Counted from the stretch's first letter, positions 11,310 to 25,065 are shown. The stretch: 64,000 nt of DNA from Octopus vulgaris (GCA_951406725.2 OX597816.1:78616001-78680000), one strand, 5' to 3'. The notes: generated from the sequence alone by a model not told the origin. Numbers and translations: made by a program.

Positions 11310-13954
11310 AAAAAAATGTTGTAGCTTGATATTAAGAATGTTTTCCAACAGTTTATTCTGTTGTGTGTAAATGAAATAATACTAATAATAATATTAAAGA
11401 TAAAGTTTGGAACAGGCCCTTGAGAGTTGTTCCAAAGTTTATTATCTCCCAACTTATAGAAAAATTCAAAATGGCTAGCTTAAATTTTGAGGAGAAGGCG
11501 GAAGTCAGATGTAAACCTGTCTACTACTGCAGTGACAGCAGACTGATGGTTACAGAACATAGCACAGAGAAAGAAACAGCAACAATGCCCTGTTGTTTTG
11601 GCTACAAAATGTAGTGGAGTCTCACACAAAAACAGAAGCAGCAACAACAACAACAAAACTCACTACTTCATCACCACTACTCCATGTCCATCACCACAGA
11701 AACATTTGAAAAAGTACTGCTACTGGCTTTGCCACCAAAAGGCACATAGAGGAATTGTTACTGCTACTATAATGAATCATTACTAGCCTAGCAATTAATA
11801 ACTGTCCACAACCACTACCACTACAACAAAAGAAAACACTGACATCAAAAACAACATTAATGACCATCACAGTAGTAATAAAAGGTATTAATAACAACAT
11901 GATTAACCACAGTAGCAACAGTAACAACAACATATACACAGCACAGGAAACCTGTAAATATGAGCAATAATAACGGGGATGATGGTAATTTCTTAAATTA
12001 TGATAATGATAATGATAATAATAATTATAATAATTATAATATAGAGATGACATCTCAAAAATACTTGTGGGAAGGAAAACCCCTCAAACCACTCCCATGG
12101 AATCATGATGCAAAACAATAATGAAATAGTTAATGATATAAATGAAGCTAGAAAAATTATGATGGAGGTTTCTTGCTCTGCATGTATGGAGCCCTTCTTA
12201 ACAGGGAAGTGGTCTGGCTCCAGACAGTCATTACCAAGTAACAGATTACACACAAAATGTGTGCGCAGCAAGAGACACAAATGGCTGAAGGAAGAGTATG
12301 CTATATTCATTGAATGGTATGAAAGAGCCAAACTAGAAAAAAGTCATGGAGTAGGGCAATGTGTTCTGTATGGTTGATTGTTTGTATTTTCCGAGCACCC
12401 TCCCCACACCCCCGCATTTTTTTCTCAATATTTGTTGAATATACATTGCACTAGAATTATTAGATGATTTCTGTTTCACTCCTGTGACTGGGTGTTGAGG
12501 TTTACTGCTCGGATTCTGTATGGTTAATCGTGGGAATTTTCCGAGCCCCCCACTGTCAGCAGGAATTTTTTTCATCATATTCCTTTAATATACGATGCAT
12601 TACACCTGTTACATATTTTCATTTCCATTTTCTCCCACCGGGTGCTGATCTATATATTGACTGAAATGGCTGACAGGGTAGAGCAGAGAGGATGTAGGTG
12701 GTCAAGGAGCAAAGTCCTTCACAGACAAGTAGTTTAGGATATCAATTCTGCTGTGGTGGATGGGCCTTCTTGACCATTGTCATCTCCATAAGGTTCAGTG
12801 TTTTGAGACTGACCTTTAGTTCTTTGTCTTATGTTTTCCATGAGTTCATCCACTTTAAGTGATTGGCACTTCTTTATGCAACTGTCCACATCCATACACA
12901 CCACATGACCAAACCAGCATAATCTTCTCTCCTACACACTAGCATGCAAAAAACTTTGATGTCAAGCAGGATAATGAAGTTTAAGGTGTGACAATATATG
13001 TGTGTTCATGCTTGTACTTTTGTGCATGTGAGCTTTCATCATAAGTAAAAAAAAACCCCAAAAACCCTGAAACTGATGGGTCATTGAGGTTTATAAGCAG
13101 GAACTAGAGATAATCACTTCTATCTATTTACCTTTATGCTGTCCCCAATCCCTGTGTCCCCTCAGTGCACACCTTCCACATCCTCAGAGTTAGCACATTC
13201 AATGTGAGCTGTGTAAAGAGGTGCTGAGCTAGAAGAGGTAGACTAAGGAAGACATGGGACAAAGTGATGAGAAAGGATCTTCAGATGCTGAACCACACAA
13301 GGAACTGGGAGATGTGATGATTTGCTGTACTTGATAAGATGCATCAAACTAAGTAAAATTGCTGTCTTCCACACATACAAGCTTGTCCTTTCAAGTGTCA
13401 GTACCATTTAAAAAGCACTTGTGCCAGTGCTGAGTAAATGCACCCATGCTGGTGGCATGTAAATAACACACAGTACATTCTGTTAAGTGCAGTAGGAATG
13501 GTATCCAGCTGTAGAGACCATACCACAAGAGACAGTTGGAGTCTGGAAAGCTCCCTGCTAGTCAGCTCCATATCAAGCTATCCTACCCATTCCAGCATGG
13601 AAAGCGAATAAATGATGGTGATGATGATGATGATGATGATGATGACAGGTAGAAATATGGAATAATTTTCAGAAAGCTTGTGTTTTTGTGACTTGTGTTG
13701 CTTTCATTGTTATTCTTTTTCTCCATTTCCCAAAGAATTTAAACTGCTTTTGAAATACTACGTAATTAACGTTGAGCAACTGGGGTCACTGAAGTGGAGA
13801 AAACGTGTTTTTTTAAAATTCTTTCAGTAGATTTTGAAGAAGTAGATTGGGGGAAGACCTCTAAATTCAAGGTTGCTGGGAAGGGAGGCCTTTTGGTGTA
13901 GAGAGCAAAAGGAGTGATTGCCCTGTCCCACATAAACCTGGTTGTGTGTATATA

Positions 13955-14120
13955 TATCATCATCATCATCATCATCGTTTAACGTCCGCTTTCCATGCTA
14001 GCATGGGTTGGACGGTTCAACTGGGGTCTGGGAAGCCCGAAGGCTGCACCAGGCCAGTCAGATGTGGCAGTGTTTCTACAGCTGGATGCCCTTCCTAACG
14101 CCAAATGCCCTTCCTAACGC
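13955..14120 (-). repeat. Retroposon 3' tail ending in (GAT)n (related copies ~13200-13645, 46390-46680, 62095-62390)
   Basis: Shared (cat)n-gtttaacgtcygctttccatgct...ggatgcccttcctaacgcca motif. Confidence 0.6.
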
Positions 14121-14149
14121 CATATATGTATATAAATCTATATATATAT

Positions 14150-14361
14150 ATTCTTTTTCTTTTACTTTTTACTTGTTTCAGTCATCTGACTTCAGCCCTG
14201 CTGGAGCACCTCCTTTAGTTGAACAAATCAACTGCAGGACTTATTTTTTGTAAGCCTAATACTTATTCTATCAGTCTCTTTTGCTGAACTTCTAAGTTAA
14301 GGGGACATAAACACACTAATGTCTGTTGTCAAGCGATGGTGGGAAGACAAACACAGACACA

Positions 14362-14413
<52 letters not shown>

Positions 14414-14552
14414 CACACCAGATCCACTCACAAGGCTTTGGTTGGCCTGAGGCTATAGCAGAAGACACTTGCCCAAGGTGCTATGCAATGGGACTGAACC
14501 CGGAACCATGTGGTTGGGAAGCAAGCTTCAACCACACAGCTATGCTTGTGCC
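14150..14552 (-). mobile_element. tRNA-headed CORE-like SINE, family 2
   Basis: Reverse-complement match to 34323-34735, including ggcaccttgggcaagtgtcttc and an internal (CA)n tract. Confidence 0.75.
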
Positions 14553-14599
14553 TATATGGTGCAAAAAAACAACAACAAAAATACACACAAAGTTGAGGT

Positions 14600-14776
14600 T
14601 AAAACAAACAAAAAAACAAACAGGATACATTAGGTTTATACTCAGGGAAAATTAGAAGTCTTCTATGATCTGAGCCTATGCTCTTCTGTGGAAAGAATAC
14701 ATGAGGTGAGAAAAAATTGGAGAGAGAAAAGTATAAACATGTCTCAATTAAACAATCTCCACATGCTGAAAATATA

Positions 14777-14860
<84 letters not shown>

Positions 14861-15110
14861 TATATATATAGTAAAATTAGGATTTAGATGGAATCAGGTA
14901 TTTGAAAAGATATGCACCAGGTAAGGTTGGATGAACCTGTGGTTCTGGCCTATGTTTGGTGAGTGTGAAATAGGATATTCTGGTTGTGCACACAGAGAAA
15001 GCCAACCCTATGAATTTTTAGTGCCTAGGGGCTGGTGCAAAGCATGCATTACTTTGAATTGTTAATTGTTGGTATACTCTAGGGTTCCGACAAATCATAA
15101 ATCTCCTTGG
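14600..15110 (-). mobile_element. Decayed Penelope-like remnant
   Basis: 14655-14700 is a degenerate copy of the hammerhead-like motif at 41416-41454 (gaagagcataggctc). Confidence 0.4.
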
Positions 15111-15119
15111 TGTATTATT

Positions 15120-15568
15120 AGGTCATCAAGTATGAAATTTGTTGTAAGGTATATGGTAAACCTTGACAGCTGCTCATTTTACACCATCATTATATTTTGA
15201 CCATCTTTATTTTTTGTTAGAAGGCTGACACATCTATTTCTTCATTCTTACTCATTTTGTGCTTTATAAAATGTTTATAAATCATTTTTTGCTATTTTTG
15301 CTATTTTTGCTTAGAGATGGATAAGAGGGAAATTCAAACAGTTTTGAAATATGAGTTCTTTCTTGGAAATACAGCATCACAGACAGCTTGGAATATTAAT
15401 AGAGTATTTCATTCTAATGTTATTACACAGCAGACAGTATCAAATTGGTTTGCAAAATTTCATTCAGATAACTTTGACCTCACAAATGAGCAATGCGGTC
15501 GACCAGAAACAAAGGTGGATAATGACGAACTGAAAGTCACCGTCGAGTTAGCTCTATCTCAAACATAA
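15120..15568 (+). mobile_element. mariner transposase 5' fragment (HTH region)
   Basis: ORF 15317-15568 MDKREIQTVLKYEF.LG..A..TA.NIN...TV..WF.KF...F.L....GRP. Confidence 0.8.
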
Positions 15569-15720
15569 TTTTACAAACAAAAATAATATCCCAAGAATAC
15601 AACAGGGCAGGGACATAGCTGAAGTCTGTTGAGGCTAACTAGTTAGTTAGTTGGCCTCGACAGACTTCAGCCACGTCCTTGTTGTATTCTTAGGATATTC
15701 TTTTGTTTGAAAAATGATGT
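15563..15720. repeat. Fold-back hairpin, arms ~75 bp
   Basis: aaacaaaaataatatcccaagaatacaac...gctgaagtctgttgaggctaact pairs with agttggcctcgacagacttcagc...gttgtattcttaggatatt...tgttt. Confidence 0.85.
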
Positions 15721-15839
15721 CTAATCTAATGATAACAGTTTTTTGTCATGGTGTAATGTTCTCATTCTTCTATTAAAAAATGCATAAGAAACAGTTGTAA
15801 TAAGCTGAGATTTATCCATCATCTGTTATTATTCATTTG

Positions 15840-15906
<67 letters not shown>

Positions 15907-16222
15907 TATATAAAAGGGCTTAGTAAAATAAATTACTTTGCCGCATACTGAACTCATTAGAAATAGCAGCCAAAAAAAACTTTTTTAAAAACTATTTCCA
16001 ATACTTAAAGAAAATCTCTCTCAAATAGTGCTTGTTCAATTCAACTTGTGAATTCGCCTTAAATGGTCCCTTTGCATACTGAATACTTGGTGAAATTGAT
16101 TAATTAATTAATTTTACCCTCAATTGTTGAAATTATATATATATATATATATTGTATTTATGGTTTCATTCAGATATGTACATTTAAATATTTTGGATGA
16201 TAAAGAAAATAAGAAAACTTAC

Positions 16223-16312
16223 AACTTAGAGTCTGAAAAGACCATGAAAAAGAATATGTTCTGGCTATTTTATAGTTGCACATTCCATTTTGAAAGTCAC
16301 AATCAAAGGGAC
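16223..16312 (-). CDS. MAM-array gene, exon h (N-terminus of MAM domain D)
   Basis: ttctacag|GT acceptor, T|gtaagt donor, 90 nt, phase 1-1. Translates GPFDCDFQNGMCNYKIARTYSFSWSFQTLS. Not in the ORF track. No following exon was found in 1-16222. Confidence 0.85.
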
Positions 16313-18722
16313 CTGTAGAAAACATGTAAATGAAAGTTTATGCACCATAATTTGAAGAACTGAATTTTTGGGATTTCAAAACAGATAAATTTCTTTGAAA
16401 GTTTCTTTTGCTAGTTCTGAAATATTTAACACAAAATATATATATTATACTTCCACTTCAAGTAATTATCAATTAAATTACTGCAACAATTTAATAATGT
16501 GTCTGTATAGATATTAGAATAAAAAATAAAAGGCAAGTAATTTTTTTTTATATTTAACATACTGAAATTCAAATTTTGAATATCAATTCATAAAAATTTG
16601 AATATCAATTAATAAAATTAATTAAAATCGATACAGATCATAGAGACAAGTGCTTTTCTGCTGTCTAGTATGTGTACATATGTCTTAGGGTGGGTGGACA
16701 ACAGTTATAGCTTAGTCAGGAAGAGAAGGATGTGGCCATCATCTTTGCAATCCCTCTCAGATAAGTAGGGTTAAATTTTTAACATTAGTTCAGCTTTAGC
16801 ATCTCCAAGCTGAAGTTTGCATAATGATACAAACAAGGAGAAAATTCTAGAAGGTTTGTGCTCTTGTGAAGATAGCTGGGTCAAAGTATTTATTCTGGAA
16901 CCTGGGTGGCAGTTGATATAGTAGAAAAGGAGAGAGAGGTGTGTTGGGTGAGGTGAGCAAGCAAATAATTCTGATTAACACATCCAATCCAGTCTATGGT
17001 ACTGAGTTCAAATACTTTATGGTTGGATAAGCCATTTATCCATGTAAGATTAAGAAATAAGTACCAGTAATAGCCTGGATTAAAATTAATTGACAATATT
17101 CTTTTCACCTTACAAAGAATATATTGCTCTGCAAAGTGTAGCAAGAATACAAATAACTTTTCTGTTGGGATCCCAGGCTATTTCAGTTTTGATTGTTGTT
17201 ATTTCATTTTCCTGGCCCTGATATTTTCCTTAGTAAGAAGAGTATGATCCTAGCAACTTTCGAGACTTCCCCACCTTAGGTACCATGCCTACTTAGAGAA
17301 GTAAACAAGGAATATTTTGTTTCTTCAGCTTACATGGCTAAAACTTGCAATTTATGGTGTTATCCTGAATACTTAGTGCACCATTGCTAGTTACATTGAA
17401 AACCAGATTTCTGGGAATCCCATAATCCATTGGATTCTTGAAGGCCCCACTTAAATTTCCATTACATGGATATTTTGAGTGAGTCAGCCTGATGAAGCTT
17501 AAATCACATATGGGTGGATTTGAGCTGAACATTGTAACTGGTCGGATCTCTTCATCTGTAGGTTTTCAATATTCTCAACTATTTTGCTATCACTGTGTAA
17601 CTGAATGCAGAAGATTGACCAGTGTCTGTATGTGGACTAATATGGTAATCAATGAATTAGTATAATACTCCAGAAAAGAGAGTAGTATTTTGAAGATACT
17701 ACATCCATACTGTAAAGTGAAAATAACTGCCTTTTGCTGAATTAGGAAAAACTTTAAAGGTAATTCCAGCTGTCCACTAAAGAAAACCTGGAAGAATGTT
17801 GTAAAGCTGAAATATATGAGAAGATAGAAATATCAAGCATAATTTATCATTATGGCAGGGAACATCATCAACTGTTGTGGAACAAAGTCAAGATAGCAGA
17901 TAAAGAACATGGAAGATAAGATGATGGAAGGAATCAGTGTATATGCTTAGCTTTGATAACTTTTTCAGTAGTCTTAGCAGAGGAAAGAATATCATATACC
18001 ATTAATTAAGAAAGAGCACTAAACTTTCAAACACAGTTAGGGTTCCATTACCAATTTGTTTTATGTGACAAAGGGATTGTGTATATAAGGAATGAATAGA
18101 TGTCACATATATGTAGTAGTTTAGCTAGCAGATATGCATTCAAGGCCAGTCAAATAATATTTGGTTCAAGTGGGACAAGTGACATCACAAGCAGAACAGC
18201 TAATATGAAAATGTCTCTGGTATGGCTAAAGAATGAGAACAATCGATCTCTCTGGACCGAATAAAAGGTTTGGTTTGAAATTACAAGAAGGTTACCATAT
18301 ATGACAGACACCCATAAACAGTCACAGAGTACAACAACTGAAACATTGTAACTATAACAAGCAAAGTAAAGACACTAGTTTGGACATATCAGTTTATAAA
18401 TAATTCCTTATCTCAGAAATTCAGAATTTGTTTCCTTCCTATTGATGAAAATATCATCAAAATGTCAATTCAAAAATGATTTTTTACTGAGTGATAATAC
18501 TGAATGGGTTGTATATAATCAACTGTACTTATAAACAGAAGTCTTTTCAATGTTGATAAGATTTGTTCTAGAGGTGAGAATGATGAAATTAACTGTTTAG
18601 GCTTGTGCAATACCACTTCATTTATATCTACCCAGTGATCAAGTCAATAATGGTTATATAAACAAACACTTCCAATTTAGCAAACCTTTTTACATATGAA
18701 AAATAAAATTTTAAAATATTAC

Positions 18723-19061
18723 CAGGGCATCCTTTTTCTTCAATTACCACATTGTCTATTGCAATGTCTCCTTGGTATGAATATCCTCTTACAGCTACAA
18801 ATATGATTTCACTTATGTCATTTGTAATAGGTACACATGCTTTGAGCCAGTATTCTCCTTTATTTCCTGTCATCATCCAAACTATTTCTTCATTTGAAGA
18901 TTGACTAGTGATAAATACAACATATAGTTGACCAACATATCTTCCATACATGTTGTAATCAAATTTCAGCTGTTTCCCTTTGGCATCTTTTGAAACTGGA
19001 AACTTAAGACTTGTTGTATCATTGTAATTTCCATTAGAAGCTTCTGCATATATATAGTGTC
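18723..19061 (-). CDS. MAM-array gene, exon g (C-terminal half of MAM domain C)
   Basis: Poly-T tract then tacag|GA acceptor, G|gtaat donor, 339 nt, phase 1-1. Translates GHYIYAEASN...LKFDYNMYGRYVGQLYV...GNKGEYWLKACVPI...IIFVAVRGYSYQGDIAIDNVVIEEKGCP. Confidence 0.93.
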
Positions 19062-20013
19062 CTGTAAAAAAAAAATGATAATATTGATTTGTCAGTTATT
19101 TATTAACAATTTAGAAAGTAGAATTGGATATTAGAATTATTAAAACAACATTTCCATGAGAAATTTTATATCTAATGTTTTTTTTTAGTTAATATAAAAT
19201 GTTGAATAGTAATTCTGTAGTAATACATTGAAACTTTATAATGTATCTTTCAAGTAACAAAAAAATATGACTATTGGCTTGTTTTATTGGATTTGATTTA
19301 ACTTTATGTAACATAGATTCAGTAACAACATTCCTTATACTAGTTTATAACATCTCTTCACCAAAATTGAAACTTATCATTGTGGAAACGAATTTTATCC
19401 TTAATTCCTACTAGAATTGTATCCTACCATCTAGCTCCAACATGATATCTCATCCTATGAGTAAAGATGTTGAGAAGAGGACCAAACAGATAGGAATAAC
19501 TGTTCTTGAGTCATTTCAAATTTGTTCCTGCCACCTTGCTGTGTTTCTGGGTTGAATACTGTATTCTACATTATCTAAAATCATGTTAGCTATTGCAAAT
19601 AAATACCAATTCAATCTAGTAATGTGCAGCAATTGTGTCAGTCCATTTTGTCATTAGACCCACATTCTAGGTAATGGCTGGTATAGTCAGGAAAATGTGC
19701 AGTGTCTACAGCCATCACAAAACTTTCGACAAGTTAAATAGATATAGTTGATATCTAGCTAAATGTTCTGTAAGTTAACATGTGCAACAAAAATGTAGTA
19801 GGAGGGGCTAAATAAAGGAGTTCATTTGAGTTGGTGATGAGACATAGCAGAAGTAAATGAAGAAGGAGGGAGGGATGTGCAGGGTAGCAATTATGGAAGA
19901 AGCAAAGACACACACACATAAGTAATGTTATCAGAAATACATGAGACAAGGAGAAAGAACTCAACAAAAGTAGAGTTTAACCAAATGGTTACATATTTCA
20001 GAAAAAAGGTATC

Positions 20014-23000
20014 TGTTATGGGACAATGGCGAACACCCCCACGTAACTGAATGTGGAGTAACCGATTGCAACAAATAAGAAGTGAGTGTTAGTTCGACGT
20101 GTGGTTTAACAGTTGGTATTTGAACAGTGAATACTGAGTATCATACTTATGTGCGAGTAGTAGAGTGCATTCTGTGTTGATATATAATTCTGTGAGAGGT
20201 TATTTTTAGACAACCGCAGCCAACTAGTAATACCATTTTACGGATCTTTTCCTTTTGATGGATGGAATTTCTAGTTAACTAAACAATTTGAAACTTCGTA
20301 TATTGGTAGAATGTGTCAAAAGAAAACATTATTTTCACTTGGCTTTTTTGAGAAAATTGTGATTTGTAAGTTTAACGTAGTTTAATTCTTCGAATTTTAA
20401 CCAATGAAATGCCAGCATTTGAGCTCATATCATTTGCTGCGTCTAAAAACTCAGACAACATCCTGTTGCAACGTAAACAGCACACACACACACACACACA
20501 CACGTGTTATTCATCCTTCTCTCTTCTGTCTGTCTCGCTCATCGATATTGATAAACAAAGGAGGAGGCATGTGCTAAAAATAACAGCCATATCTCTTAAA
20601 TCGATGAATTTCGTCGCCCAATAAAAAAATTAACGATATTTTTTGAATATTTTCTTTATTTTTTTTACCGAAAAGGCTTCTCCCATGGTTTTGAAGGGCC
20701 AAAAGCCACAAAAACAAAACAATAATATGCCTAAATCGGTCTAGAGGGTGCGCGTGCAGTGTGGGTCGTATTGTAAAAGAATGCCCCAGCTTGTCGGAGG
20801 CTGTGATATAAATTGGGAAAAAAATCCTCGACACCAGTGCGTAATTGGTACTTAATTTATCGACCCCGAAACGATGAAACATTGACCCTCCCTTCTGGTT
20901 TATTTACCTTTTGTGTAAATTTGTTGCGGCAAGGGGCAAAACATAGAGGGGACAAAGCATGAAATACAAAAGTATTAAGTCGATTCTATCGACACCAGTG
21001 CGAACACACGAACGTGTATGTATATCTCCGTTTGTATGTGTGTGTACGCTTATATATTAATTACTATGTGCTTGTGCAAATGTATATGCATGTGTTTGAG
21101 AGAGAGAGAGTGACAGTGTGTGTGTGTGTGTGTGTGCGTGCAAGTGTACGTGTGTATGTATCTGAATATATGTGTGTGTGTGTGTATGCGACGTGCGTCT
21201 CCTCGTTTGTTTATCAATATCGATAACGTAGCAAATGATTTGAGCTCAAATGCTGGCATTTCATTGGTTAAAATTCGAAGAATTAAACTACGTTAAACTT
21301 ACAAATTACAATTTTCTCAAAAAAGCCAAGTGAAAATAATGTTTTCTTTTCACACATTCTACCAGTATACGAAGTTTCAAATTGTTTAGTTAACTAGAAA
21401 TTCCGTCCATCAAAAGGAAAAGATCCCATTTTACACCAGACATGTATACCCACATCATGACATTTTTTGTGTGACGATTATTCGAAGCTCATGCTACCGA
21501 TTTTTGCTTGAACATGAAAGGTTTACTAGCTTCGGTAATTCAATTACAGCAACAACAACAACAGTTGCTGGAATTACAGAAACAACAACAGCAGCAGTTG
21601 GTGGAATTTCAGAAGCAACAGCAACTGTTAGTACAAGTGATACAGAAGAAAACAGAAGGCACATCAAATTCGTCCAACCCTGACACTGTCGCAAACTCGA
21701 TCGGAGAGATCGCATATAACTCAGAGAAGGGTACTACTTTTTCTGGTTACTCTAGAAAGTATGAGGAATCTTTTAGAGAAGGATGCAGCAAATAGTAAGA
21801 CGAGTAAAAATTTCGACTTTTGTTGAGAATGTTGGCACCAGCTGAGCATGAGAAATATCGCAATTACGTATTACCAAAGAAACCGGGTGGAATCTGTTTT
21901 GAAGAAACAGTGAATATTCTATCAAAGATTTTCTGCGGAAAAAGCTCTTTATTTAATACACACTGGCAATGCATGTAAATAAAAAAAAAGACGAAGATTT
22001 TTTACATACGCTGGAATCATTAATAGGGAATGTGAGAAATTTAAAATTAATGAAATAGCACAAGATATGTTTAAATGCTTGATTCTCGTGCAAGGTTTAA
22101 CCGCAATGAAATAAGCGAAAATTCGTAACCGAATTCTGACTAAATTTGAGCAGAATCAGAAGTTAGCTCTACAATAAATATCCGAGGAATGCCAGAGAAT
22201 GATAAGCCTAAAGCATGATAAAGAACAAATTGAAGTGAGAAACTCATATACAGTCGGTGAGAAACTCATATACAGTCGGTGAGACAGAAAATATGAAATG
22301 AAAAGCAGAAAATTAACCCATGTTTTGAATGTGGTGAATTACACTACAGATTCGACTGCCTGCTCTTATAGAAATCGAAAATGCTTTAAATGTAATGTGA
22401 TAGGTCATGAAAAATCACGCTGTAAATCAAACCCTAGAAAACGGTTCAACAGAAAAAAAAAATCATGTAAACAGTTTATCGGCGACAAGAAATACAAACC
22501 AGACTCAAAGGAAATTTGTATATGTAGAAATTGATAATACAAATGTAAAATTACAGTTAGCTACAAGTAGTGACATTACTTTAATTAATGAAAACACATG
22601 CAAAACAATAGGGAAACCAGCATTCCAGAAAACGTTGAAGAAGATTGTACATGGTCAAAGATTGACTTATGGTCAAATTTCATTAAATACCGACATTAAT
22701 CTTCGCCGGGATTTCAGGTGGATTTTTGTCATAGCTGATCTCCCACATCCTATTCTGGGTGCGAACTTTTTGAATAATTTTAATCTATTGGTAGATGTCA
22801 GGTGACAGACACTTGTTGGTTGTTCTACGTCCTTGTCTACACCTGCAAAGGCCACTACCAATGCTGTTCTCAGTCCTTCACTTTTTGTTGCCATTGCTGG
22901 TGATGTTTTTCATTCACTCTTAGCTTCCTTCTCAGAGATGGTGGATCAGCTATTCCAAACGGCAAAACCTACTCACTCGACTCTCCACTATATTACCACC

Positions 23001-25065
23001 ACTGGGCCACCTGCCTTTTTACACCCGCAGTGACTTGCTCCTGACCGTCTTAAGAAGGCTAGGTCCGAGTTTGAGCATATGCTCCAGCTTGGCCTTATTC
23101 ACCCCTCTATCAGCCCTTCATTTGGCACGAAAAGGGGATTCTGATTTTCGCTCGATGGTGGGGATTATAGACCTTTGAATGCGGTCACTGTTCTGATCGC
23201 CATCCCATACGAAACCTCCAGGTCTTCTCTAATTTGCATGGTTGTACTATTTTTCTAAGGTCGACCTCGTTCGTGCCTATCATCAAATATCAGTCAATGC
23301 TGAGGACGTACCAAAAACTGCCATCACTACTCCCTTTGGCAGCTTCGCGTTCCTTTTTATGAGCTTCGGTTTGCGGAACGCCACGAGCACGTCCCAAAGA
23401 TTTATTGATGAAGTTGTCCGTGGAGTCGTCAACTTATATAAACGATTTCTTCGTGACCATGCAGACAAGTTACTTCTCTTGACTCAGCTTTTGAAAGCAA
23501 ATACAAAAAAGAATTCTCCTGTTACTTTATCTGCTGCGGTGTTATCTGCCTTTGAGTCAATCAAGAAAGAAATAGTTTCTGTCCTTTTGCTTGCACACCC
23601 GGTTCCCGATGCCTCTCTCTCTTTAACCGTTGATGCATAGGATTCTGCGACTGGCGCTATTTTACAACACACCGTAAACAATTAAACTAAACCTTTGGCG
23701 TTTTCTCTCTCGTCAGTTTAAGCCAGCTGAACGTCGGTACAGTACGTTTGATCGCAAGCTCTTGGCGATCTACCTGTCAGTTCGTCATTTTCAACATCAA
23801 CTCGAGGGCCGAGATTTTGTGATTTATACTGGTCACAAGCCTCTTACGTTTGCTCTGTCATCTAAATCGGACAAACACTCGCCTCGTGCATTTCGTTACC
23901 TGGACTACATTTCCTAGTTCACGAGTAACATTCGGCACATTCCTGGAACAGAGAACGTGCCTGCTGACGCACTCTCTCGTCTTCCTGTGTGCTCTCTTTC
24001 ATCTCCTACTGCAATAGATTTAACTGCCATTGCGCAGGATCAGCCAGCTCTGGACACTTTGAATATAGCTTCAACCAAGTTGTCCTGTTGCAAGTTTGCC
24101 TGTCTCCCTCTTCCGACTGCTGAAGGCACTATTCTTTAGGACACAGCTACTGGTTCTCCCAGGGCGTTTGTACCTGAGAACCACCAGCGCTCCGTTTTTG
24201 ATGCCTTGCATTCACTGTCACATCCTGGCGTCGCTGCTTCGGTGAAGATTATTACGGCTCGGTTTTTCTGACCTAATATGCATCGGATGATCACCGATTG
24301 GGCACGCTCTTGTGTAAAATGTCAGCGTTCTAAAATCTATAGGCATATTCGCGCTCCACTTGGACAGTTTTTTCCCTCCGGAGACTCGTTTTCGCCATGT
24401 CCACATTGATCTGGTTGGACCATGGCCTGTCAGTCGCAGTTTCTCTTACATATTGACATGCGTCGATCGTTACTCTCGTTGGCCAGAGGCCATTCCAATA
24501 TTGGACATTTTCGCTGAGTCAGTTGCTCGAGCTTTCGTTTCTAACTGGATTGCTCGCTTTGGTGTCCCAGCTAAAATAACCACTGATCGCAGACGCCAGT
24601 TCGAGGCTTCCCTAATTCGTGAATTATCATGAATCCTAGGAGTTCATCACATTCGTACGACCAGCCTCCAACGGGATGGTCGAACGTTTTCACAGGCAAC
24701 TGAAGGCCGCCCTACGCGCCACTTCTGATCCGCAGTCTTGGACAGAATTTCTGTCTATCGTTCTTCTTGGTTGTCGCACTGCTGCTAAAGTAGAGTTAGG
24801 TTACTCCTCTGCTGAATTCTTTTACGGTACCACCCTGGCACTTCCTGGTACAATGTTAGCGCCAGAAAACTCATCGCCTTCTGATCCAACGTCGTATGCC
24901 ACCAGACTTCGCTCGTATTTCTCAAGTCTTCCACCCATGCATCCGTGTGACCAGTCTATTCCCTCTCACCTCCCATCGGACATTGACAAATGGACTCATG
25001 CTTTTGTTCAGGATGATTCTGTCAGAGGACCTCTCGTTTCTCCTTATAAGGGACCGTTTCATTTC
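20014..25065 (+). mobile_element. Composite decayed Gypsy LTR retrotransposon (putative 5' LTR, gag, protease, RT, RNase H, integrase)
   Basis: Gln-rich gag from 21508; CCHC; [13 protein letters not shown]...KTAITTPFG...FGLRNA; LSLTVDA RNase H; HPG...CVKCQ; HVHIDLVGP, TTDR, MVERFHRQLK integrase. The YxDD region is deleted and no 3' LTR is seen. Confidence 0.88.
20242..21426. mobile_element. Non-autonomous DNA transposon with ~200-bp TIRs and an 8-bp TSD
   Basis: Termini GGATCTTTTCCTTTTGATGGA.../...TCCATCAAAAGGAAAAGATCC. TSD CATTTTAC at 20234-20241 and 21427-21434. Confidence 0.92.

Noticed and set aside
1-16222. C-terminal half exon of MAM domain D
   Set aside because: I searched for FxYxM, WxxxC and DIAxD-type motifs and found none. 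It probably lies left of the window, though a very divergent exon could be missed by eye.
17338-17532. Cys-containing minus-strand ORF as a possible extra exon
   Set aside because: No MAM or other domain motif, and exons g and h already join in frame (KGCP-GPFDC).
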